Positions 1-7,051 of a DNA stretch of 63,908 bases are shown one piece after another (position 1 is the stretch's first letter; every line of letters begins with the position of its first letter). The notes under the pieces are model-generated. The model ran no database searches. It was not told the DNA's origin and worked only from the letters and a program-made list of their open reading frames with translations. This DNA comes from a virus. Its lineage: Duplodnaviria; Heunggongvirae; Uroviricota; Caudoviricetes. The stretch spans positions 1 through 63,908 of the IMG/VR virus record IMGVR_UViG_3300029509_000119; one strand, given 5' to 3'. Both the position numbers and the translations under genes were made by a program.

Positions 1-342
1 CTATTCGTCGTCATCGAAAAGAGTCAACAGACCCGGTTGTTCGTCCGTCTTCTGCTGTTTTTTGTCGATAAATTTTAACGAATTAGCCCATTGGATGTCC
101 GTTACGCAAAGCACTCTCACGTTTCCGTGAGGGGGTATGCCCGCCTTGATGTAGTTAAGGGCAGACCTACCACCTGATTGGGTGGGAGTGTATCTCGCGT
201 AGACCGAGTACTGTACACGGACGAACCCTAAATCAGCCAACAAGTTGGTGAATCTATTCGCGGCTCCAGCGTCCTCTCTCGTTGTAATGGGTAGGTCGTA
301 CATGACCAGCGTCCACATGCCGTTATCCTTATCTCTTTCCAT
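1..342 (-). CDS. cas2: CRISPR-associated endoribonuclease Cas2
   Basis: MWTLVMYDLP...F...L...GF.RVQYSVY motif. ATG at 342 overlaps the cas1 3' end. Confidence 0.95.
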   Translation of the reverse strand: MERDKDNGMWTLVMYDLPITTREDAGAANRFTNLLADLGFVRVQYSVYARYTPTQSGGRSALNYIKAGIPPHGNVRVLCVTDIQWANSLKFIDKKQQKTDEQPGLLTLFDDDE

Positions 343-1234
343 TTTTCTCACCTTTTCCGAAAACGGGGACAGGTAGTTTGTCCAGCCAGCCTTCGCAGTA
401 TTGCGCATATTGTCCGCAGAATTCGTCCGCCAATGAGGGGATGGTCAGTCCTTTTGGATTGAATTGGCTGTTGACGACGAACACTATCTGCTGTTTTATT
501 TCCGAATCCAACGGTTCGTCCGGCAGTTGGCTTATCCCGTAGTCGATTGCCGGTCGGAACGGTTCTATCAAATCGTCTGCCAGACAGAAATAGTTACTGG
601 CGGAATGGTGATGTATGCCGATGGTGGGGGAGAGTCCCGCCGTGCAGATGGACTTAATCAGGAATCCGCGTAGTATCGTGTACGCATAGTCGAGTTGAGT
701 GTTACGTCCCTCGCCATATCCGGGGAATCGGCGGAATTGTTCTTCAGGGAACATGTGATGCCAGTATTCGCGTGCCGCCTGTCCCTCGATGTTGTTCGGG
801 TCTCCTGAGCGCACCTGTGTGGCTAGGCTTCGAAGGAGCTGTCCACCGTCCAATTCGAGCATGTCCAGTACGTGCGATTGTCCGAGAATTTTCGCTTGTA
901 TTATCTGTTTCCATGCTGCTTTTCTCGCGGGAATGCTCATTTCCTGTTGGGCGGTTTGTCGTGCGGCGGAACGGGTGTTTGGTTTGTTCCATGGTTGCAA
1001 TGCGGCTATTGGGATTTCGTTCCACTGGCATATGAGAACTTCCACGTCGAAGACAGCCAACTGCTGCAATAGTGCCGTTGAGACGGTTGTTTGCATCCCG
1101 AGCAGCAGTACTGCCGTATCGACCAACGGTATCCGTGTCTCCGTATCGTGGTGTTCCACGACGAGTTGTCCGCGCTTGTAGGTCAGTCTGCCGGTCATTG
1201 CGGTGCAGTCTATGACCCGCCACCCTTTTGTCAT
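329..1234 (-). CDS. cas1: Type II CRISPR-associated integrase Cas1
   Basis: GWRVID start, NIEGQAAREYW, LDYAYTILRG, GIHH, LADDLIEPFRP. GGAGG RBS precedes ATG 1234. Confidence 0.95.
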   Translation of the reverse strand: MTKGWRVIDCTAMTGRLTYKRGQLVVEHHDTETRIPLVDTAVLLLGMQTTVSTALLQQLAVFDVEVLICQWNEIPIAALQPWNKPNTRSAARQTAQQEMSIPARKAAWKQIIQAKILGQSHVLDMLELDGGQLLRSLATQVRSGDPNNIEGQAAREYWHHMFPEEQFRRFPGYGEGRNTQLDYAYTILRGFLIKSICTAGLSPTIGIHHHSASNYFCLADDLIEPFRPAIDYGISQLPDEPLDSEIKQQIVFVVNSQFNPKGLTIPSLADEFCGQYAQYCEGWLDKLPVPVFGKGEKNGKR

Positions 1235-1247
1235 ATCAACCTCCAAT

Positions 1248-1294
1248 AAAAAAGGGTCTGCCAAATACCATAATCGGTTTTTGGCAGACCCTTT
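1248..1294 (-). terminator. 15-bp inverted repeat / intrinsic terminator between cas9 and cas1
   Basis: aaagggtctgccaaa (1251-1265) pairs with tttggcagacccttt (1280-1294). A U-tract follows on the minus strand just before the cas1 RBS. Confidence 0.7.
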
Positions 1295-1310
1295 AAAAGG
1301 GAATGGTTGG

Positions 1311-4300
1311 TCACTCGTCCAAAATATGACCAAGCTTATTTATTGCTGGGCAGAACAGATGTGGGACGAGCATCGACCTAACAGATTTAGGAATCTCCAC
1401 TCCAGACTCCTCCAACTTACTCAAACCCTCGCTCGCAATAAAAGAGGGAACAAGACGTAACGTCGTAGGACTCTTAAACCCAGCAACGATAAACCGTCGT
1501 TCAGCCCCGGAATCCGTATGGAACATGTGAGCGTACTCAAGGCACATATCCTCCATGAGTTCCGAAGTCAACTTGATTTCATCATTAAGGGTGAGTCGTG
1601 CCACGCAAGTCGCATTACCAAGTGCGATAGCCTCCCTGACCTTACTGTCCGCGTAACGGATGGACACGTCAGCCGGATGCAACGGGGGTCGGAACAGGTC
1701 GGTGTTCTTCCTGCGTTTCATCAAATCGCATTGGAACACGCGCACCATGCCATAGAACGTCTTGCGTTTTCCGTTCTTCAACACCTGTTCGCAACGGTAG
1801 ATGCGGGCATGATGGATGGTTCCGCCAATGTCGGCGGCACCACCGTTGACATACAGTTGCGCGTTGTTGCCGGGCAGGAAGCCGATTTCGTCCTTCGCGT
1901 GGCATACCTCGCCCAATGCTGTGATAACACGGTTCGGATTGGCTGGCAGACCGGTCTGAGGATTATAGTCCGGCAGTCGGGTCAACGCCTTCCATACCTG
2001 CGGTGTGATGGCATGGTCGATGAGCGTGGGGGAGAGTGCGTCTCCCAGTCGCACGTATTGCAACGGTTTCACCGTCGCATCATGCGCGGTACTGTTGCCC
2101 AAGCGGAGTCGGCGGCTCCGAACGACCGGAATGGTATCCTCGTCCAAACCCTTGTTCAACAGGTTGAGCAGACTTTTCATCTGTTCGCTCCATTGCTGGT
2201 ACCGGACGTAGCCGGGGGTGTTCTCGTTTGGATACTGTTTCCAATCCGCTTGTCCGAACGGGGTTCCGCACAGGCGTTGCGATTCGCGTAGGTAGTGGCG
2301 TTCGGCAAGACGGAGGGCGACACTCTGGTTCATCATGGCGATGACTGAAGCGTCAACCGCGTGATGGCGGCGGTCGAGTCGGGTCTTCCACTGTGCGCCG
2401 ATGAAGTGGATTTGTCCGTCGATGCCGGAAGCTCGACGTGCCTCATAGGTGATGGAGCCGGGGAACGTGAATACTTTCACCGTCTTGTTGGCGTATCGTC
2501 CGTCGAGTCGGCGGTGGAGTTCGTCGGCCATCCAACCCACGGATTCGATGGAACGATTGTCCAACGGTTCGTCCTGTTCGGTCTGCTTGAGTCGGCTGAT
2601 GATGCTTTTCTTCACCTGACCGACCTGCTTGCGGTTCATGGACGGCGGGAACATCAACTGGTTCACTCGTGCGATGACATCATTCATGGTGATGCCATGT
2701 GCTTTCGCATAGTCGGAATGCACCCAAACGGCGAACGGAACGTTCGACTTGCTGGCGTTGCATTCGGGACATACCGCAGCCATGTTGGTGCGTTTGCTGT
2801 CCGAGCCGACGCCACGACGGGGTACGATATGGTCGAGTTCGGACTTGTCGAAACTGAATCGTGGACTGGTCGCACCACAGTACAGGCATGTGTTGTTCTG
2901 CGATTGGACGATTTCCCAACGGCGAATGTCGTAGTCGTGGACTTTGAAGCTTCCACCGTTGGACAGTTGCTTCCTCATATCCTCACGGATTGCGGCACGC
3001 ATCTGATTGTCCTTGTCCCGACGTTGACGGCGCTCATAGTCGAGCGTACGTCCGAACGCGACGGAAGAGAACGATTCCTTCGTGGTTTCGATGGCGACGC
3101 TTTCCGGAATGCCGTATTCTTGTTCGCATTGGCTGAGGAAACGGTTGAACGCTTTCAACACCCTGTCCACGGCGGGATTGCCGGTCGGCTCCTGAACGGG
3201 TGGAACCGGAGGCTTCCAGTCGGCTGGCACGTCGAACTCGTGGCGAATCGCATAATGCAAATCGTCTTCCGTTTCCAACATGCGTTTGGACAGTCGGTCG
3301 AGGGTCTTTTCGGAGTAGGCGGCACGTCCGACGGGAAGGCTGATGGAGTCCAATGGGGTGAGCAGGTCTTCGTCCAACCCGTCGATGAATTCGATGGGGG
3401 AGGCGTATTCGATGAGGTCGCGCACCTTGTCCAAGTCAACGGTGTTGGACAGGAGCCGAATCATCGCGGCCTGTTCATCCTCGGTGGCGGCGTTCCACCA
3501 TGCGTCCACCATTTTGCGGAGTTTGGTGTTTTTGATGCCGTGGAGTCGGATTACGGTGTCCAATACCGGCGGCTTGTTGCCGATTCTTTCCTCCCCGTCA
3601 TGGGTGATGGTGCCGACGCCTTTGAGTTCGTTGCGTTCGATGTCGAGCACGGCGCACACGTCCAACCATTCCAAGTCTTCCTTGGCGGTGGTCAACAGTT
3701 CGTACACATCCTGTTTCTCGCTGACGGTCAACGGTCGGGATGCTTCGCCTTTGCGTCGGATACGCAGGTTGGTGATGACGTTGAGGATACGATACTTCTG
3801 GAAGGCGATGCTGGCCTTCAATGCCCTCTTCTGGGTCAAGTCGAGCGGGTCCGTTCCGACATGCTTCTCTGCGGAACCCTTGGGGGACGCGCAATGGAAC
3901 ACGGTACGCAGGATGGGTTTCCAAACATCCTCGGGTACCTGCTGGACGGTGAAGATGCGTCGGAGTTCACGCGCATTGTCGGACTGCATGAGACGGTTCG
4001 GCAGAACGCCCTCACCGTATTTGGTGCTGGTACGAAGTCGAACCAGTTTGCCGTTACGTTCGGAAAGCGTCAATGCGACGAGCTGCGCCGGAGTCATGTC
4101 ATCGTCCAGCTTCACTCCAAGACGGGTCTCCACACGCTGTTTCAAATCCTTGTACTGGTCGGACGGCTCCACGTCTTCGAACAGGGTTTCGACCCGACTG
4201 TAGGAGTTACGCCAACCGCGATGGCGTGCGATATGGCGGACTGCCATGACAATCATCCGGTCACGCCTGTCCTTGTCGGATACATAGGTGGTAGCCAAAG

Positions 4301-4637
4301 CGGAACGGGTGTTCCAGTCTTCATAAAGGTCTTGCTCGCAGTCCGGGACTTCATCTACCGGATAACCCAGTTGGCAGAGCTGACGGTCGAGCTGGCTGAG
4401 ACGATGGCGGCGGCGTTTGCGCATGTTGCGGGTTCGCCGTGCGATTCCGGCCACGGCCTTGCGGGTGGTGCCGGACTTGTTTTGGGTCGGGTCTACTCCG
4501 CCATCGTGAATGTAGCTGAGGGTTTTGAGCAATGCTGTCGGGTTGCCGTTGGCGTCGAGTTGGATTGCGGAGAATCCTAGGCTGTTGAGTCCTACGTCGG
4601 CTCCCACGCGGTAGCGGATATTGGTTTTTGCGGTCAA
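1311..4637 (-). CDS. cas9: Type II-C Cas9, 1108 aa, catalytic residues intact
   Basis: RuvC-I VGADVG, Arg-rich bridge helix, HIARHRGWRN, HNH CLYCG..ELDHIVPR..CPECNASK, RuvC-III RRHHAVDA. The cas9-cas1-cas2 order and compact size fit II-C. TTG start. Confidence 0.97.
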   Translation of the reverse strand: MTAKTNIRYRVGADVGLNSLGFSAIQLDANGNPTALLKTLSYIHDGGVDPTQNKSGTTRKAVAGIARRTRNMRKRRRHRLSQLDRQLCQLGYPVDEVPDCEQDLYEDWNTRSALATTYVSDKDRRDRMIVMAVRHIARHRGWRNSYSRVETLFEDVEPSDQYKDLKQRVETRLGVKLDDDMTPAQLVALTLSERNGKLVRLRTSTKYGEGVLPNRLMQSDNARELRRIFTVQQVPEDVWKPILRTVFHCASPKGSAEKHVGTDPLDLTQKRALKASIAFQKYRILNVITNLRIRRKGEASRPLTVSEKQDVYELLTTAKEDLEWLDVCAVLDIERNELKGVGTITHDGEERIGNKPPVLDTVIRLHGIKNTKLRKMVDAWWNAATEDEQAAMIRLLSNTVDLDKVRDLIEYASPIEFIDGLDEDLLTPLDSISLPVGRAAYSEKTLDRLSKRMLETEDDLHYAIRHEFDVPADWKPPVPPVQEPTGNPAVDRVLKAFNRFLSQCEQEYGIPESVAIETTKESFSSVAFGRTLDYERRQRRDKDNQMRAAIREDMRKQLSNGGSFKVHDYDIRRWEIVQSQNNTCLYCGATSPRFSFDKSELDHIVPRRGVGSDSKRTNMAAVCPECNASKSNVPFAVWVHSDYAKAHGITMNDVIARVNQLMFPPSMNRKQVGQVKKSIISRLKQTEQDEPLDNRSIESVGWMADELHRRLDGRYANKTVKVFTFPGSITYEARRASGIDGQIHFIGAQWKTRLDRRHHAVDASVIAMMNQSVALRLAERHYLRESQRLCGTPFGQADWKQYPNENTPGYVRYQQWSEQMKSLLNLLNKGLDEDTIPVVRSRRLRLGNSTAHDATVKPLQYVRLGDALSPTLIDHAITPQVWKALTRLPDYNPQTGLPANPNRVITALGEVCHAKDEIGFLPGNNAQLYVNGGAADIGGTIHHARIYRCEQVLKNGKRKTFYGMVRVFQCDLMKRRKNTDLFRPPLHPADVSIRYADSKVREAIALGNATCVARLTLNDEIKLTSELMEDMCLEYAHMFHTDSGAERRFIVAGFKSPTTLRLVPSFIASEGLSKLEESGVEIPKSVRSMLVPHLFCPAINKLGHILDE

Positions 4638-4666
4638 GGTCTGTTGTTCTCTTTCCGCACTGCATG

Positions 4667-4843
4667 AAAAAAAAAGCGGCGATTGGGACTTGCGTCCTAT
4701 CGCCGCTCTACGGTCAATTCCGGTCTGTCACCGGACTTGATTGAAACTTGCCGTGGTTCCCACTATAACACATAGTGTTTTTCTGGCAACCTCGGCGTGT
4801 CTTTTCCGTTTTCTGAACAGCGCTTGGTTTTTTATTTGTGGAC
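4667..4843 (-). ncRNA. tracrRNA-like RNA, possibly a long natural single-guide form
   Basis: Minus strand: repeat-like GCCGAGGTTGCC (4796-4785), anti-repeat GGGAACCACGGC (4761-4750), AAG, bulged hairpin (4746-4714), GCAA-tetraloop hairpin (4707-4675), then U9. Confidence 0.7.
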
Positions 4844-4927
4844 GTGTCCAGTATATATCAATATTCAGACCTTGCGACACGACTCTTTCCTGTTGTCTTT
4901 TTATAAGGTATACTGGAATCGTCCACA
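4837..4927. promoter_or_regulatory. Divergent pair of motif promoters (TATACT-GG-N4-GTCCACA)
   Basis: The minus copy (4837-4855) points toward tracr/cas9. The plus copy (4909-4927) points toward the Cys-rich gene. Confidence 0.75.
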
Positions 4928-4967
4928 CAAACAAGGGTTGAAACCACACACCCAACAAGGAGAAAAA

Positions 4968-5567
4968 ATGAGCAACTGCGAATGCACCTACTGCGCCCTC
5001 AACAATCCAACAGCCAACGGCACCTGCGACCACTGCCACAAAAACTATTGCGAAGACTGCCTATACCAGTGCGACAAGTGCGAAGGCATCTTCTGCTGCG
5101 ACCACTGCCACCTGTGCGGCAAATGCGACAACATCGTCTGTGACAAATGCGCGGAACGATGCAACATCTGCGGCAACACGTTCTGCAAAGATTGCCTGAA
5201 CTCCTGCGACAAGTGCGGCGCATACTGCTGCGACAAGTGCGGCGCAAGCTGCGAAGACTGCGAAGGCACCTTGGAATGCGCCCACTGCTGGAAACGTTGC
5301 GAACACTGCGGCAAATACATCGACAAAACCTGTAGGCACACGTGCGACACCTGTGGTAGCACGCTCTGCATGGACTGCCTTGGAGATGCGGGAGAATGCA
5401 AGACCTGCGAACTGGAACGCACGTTGGACAAGGACTACGTAACGCCAACTCAACTGGTAACGGTCAACGACGCAATCAGATTCCTCAAGCATTACCGTCT
5501 CACTCAAGGAGGGGACGCCCGACTGTCTGATTGCCTTGCCGACAACATCGACGGTTTGAATCTTTGA
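4968..5567 (+). CDS. Cysteine-rich repeat (multi zinc-finger-like) protein
   Basis: About 39 Cys in 199 aa, with periodic CxxC-x4-CxxC units. AAGGAG RBS. Confidence 0.85.
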   Translation: MSNCECTYCALNNPTANGTCDHCHKNYCEDCLYQCDKCEGIFCCDHCHLCGKCDNIVCDKCAERCNICGNTFCKDCLNSCDKCGAYCCDKCGASCEDCEGTLECAHCWKRCEHCGKYIDKTCRHTCDTCGSTLCMDCLGDAGECKTCELERTLDKDYVTPTQLVTVNDAIRFLKHYRLTQGGDARLSDCLADNIDGLNL

Positions 5568-5636
5568 TAGTGAAGAGGGTTCCGGCCACAAGATTGGAAC
5601 CCTCTACTGTTTGCAAAAAACGAGGGAAGAAGAACC

Positions 5637-6314
5637 ATGAGCGAACTAACCGTCCTAGCACCAATAGAAAAACTCTTCGCCAACGAGCGGGGACAAATCT
5701 GCGACAGATTCCGAGTTAACAAGCTGAAAAGGAAACTCCGCATCATCGGGGATATCACCTCGTTGACCGAGGAGCAGTTCGTCGGCTCCTTCGGCTCCGA
5801 CTGCGCCCGTATCGTCGGAAACCGTCTACGGAAGAACGGAATGGATTTTCGACCGGTGGAGGATTCCGCCTTATATCGTGAGGGAGTAGTGGATGCCGAT
5901 TTCCGTATTCGACTGTATTCGATTGGCGTGGGTTCCTTGGCTAAGCTGACCAAACTTTCCTTGTCCGAATTCCTGCACTATCTGAACCGTCTGCGTGAAT
6001 CCCGTCGCATCGAATACAGTGGCGGAGTTTCGGTTCCGCAGTTCGGAGCGTTGAACATCGCCCGTTTGGAGCGTGTCATGTTCGAACGTGGTTTCCGGTT
6101 TCGTAATGGTTCGTTGAATTCCAGCGATTTAACCATGCTGGGAAACAACCGCGACGGCAGTCCTACTGGCAAGAATATGGTCAACGCCCATGATGTGTTT
6201 TCTGGCCAGCCTGTTTTTTCCGGTGCTCGCAGGAAGAGTCTTCTTATTGCCCGTCGTAAGCGTTTGCTGGACGAGTTGGCTGGGATTGAGGTTGAGCTGG
6301 CTTCGTTGGGTTGA
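5637..6314 (+). CDS. Protein with two RNA polymerase alpha-CTD-like (HhH) repeats
   Basis: VNKLKRKLRIIGDITSLTEEQF..FG.DC...V...L..NGMDFR resembles the alpha-CTD pattern. Second copy: RLYSIGVGSLAKLTKLS..FG...IARLERVMFERG. Confidence 0.55.
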   Translation: MSELTVLAPIEKLFANERGQICDRFRVNKLKRKLRIIGDITSLTEEQFVGSFGSDCARIVGNRLRKNGMDFRPVEDSALYREGVVDADFRIRLYSIGVGSLAKLTKLSLSEFLHYLNRLRESRRIEYSGGVSVPQFGALNIARLERVMFERGFRFRNGSLNSSDLTMLGNNRDGSPTGKNMVNAHDVFSGQPVFSGARRKSLLIARRKRLLDELAGIEVELASLG

Positions 6315-6382
6315 TTTGCCCCAATATTTGTGTTATACTGAAACTGTTCACACAAAAACAGAAAATCAAAAAGGAGCAAACC

Positions 6383-6838
6383 ATGAACAAGCAGACCACT
6401 CTCGAAGAGTTCGAAAAAGGAATGACCGAAAACCTTTCCTACCTTCAAAGGAACACCAAGGAAGGCAAGTACGTTTGGACGAAAAGCCATGTCTGCAATC
6501 CCGAACGTTCCTTCTCTCGCTCTTGGAAGATGACCTTATGCATGTGGGGCGAAGAAGGATACGTCAAGGAGGCTACTTTCTCTCTCACTTACGATTTCTC
6601 ACTGCAATACGCTGGAGACAATGGAAGCGCGGCTGGAATCCCCACGGAGACTGCCCGAATCCCCATGTATCGGGATGGTGTGCCTATCACCACTTTCAAG
6701 GATGTTGACAAGTCCGCCAAGATACTTCTCGACAAGGTCGAACAGGTCTTGGGATTGGCGGAGAAGTTCGAGCGTGGATTCTGGGAGTTGAATCAGACGA
6801 GCAAGTCGTTGACTTCTTTGGAGGAGAACATCTTCTGA
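6383..6838 (+). CDS. Hypothetical protein
   Basis: AAGGAG RBS. Motif promoter at 6334-6352. Confidence 0.75.
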   Translation: MNKQTTLEEFEKGMTENLSYLQRNTKEGKYVWTKSHVCNPERSFSRSWKMTLCMWGEEGYVKEATFSLTYDFSLQYAGDNGSAAGIPTETARIPMYRDGVPITTFKDVDKSAKILLDKVEQVLGLAEKFERGFWELNQTSKSLTSLEENIF

Positions 6839-6864
6839 ATCCAATGGCCCCACAATGGGGCTTT

Positions 6865-6938
6865 GCCTTGGTAGCCCAATCGGATAGGGCGTCCGCCCTC
6901 TAAGCGGATGGTTGTGGGTTCGAATCCCATCCAAGGCG
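6865..6938 (+). tRNA. tRNA-Arg (anticodon TCT), C at position 33, CCA not encoded
   Basis: Acceptor gccttgg/ccaaggc, D stem gccc/gggc with A20, anticodon stem tccgc/gcgga with loop CCTCTAA, T loop TTCGAAT. Confidence 0.92.
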
Positions 6939-6970
6939 CTTTTCCTCTCGTATAGGGGTTCCCGTTCGAG

Positions 6971-7000
6971 TTGAAAAGACCCTCAATAAGGGGGTATAAT
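6971..7000 (+). promoter_or_regulatory. Sigma-A type promoter of the surface-exclusion-like gene
   Basis: TTGAAA-N18-TATAAT. Confidence 0.65.
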
Positions 7001-7051
7001 GCAGGGGTTTCACCCATGCGCGGAAAAGACAACCAGACAAAGGAGAGAATC

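Noticed and set aside
2361..4580. 739-aa ORF antisense to cas9 (similarly 7256-8899)
   Set aside because: Shadow frames of high-GC genes.
1..4637. CRISPR array for the Cas9 system
   Set aside because: No repeat-spacer array in the window; it probably lies beyond cas2.
6897..6903. Amber suppressor/pyrrolysine tRNA (CUA)
   Set aside because: Stem pairing centres TCT in a 7-nt loop, and the Arg A20 is present.
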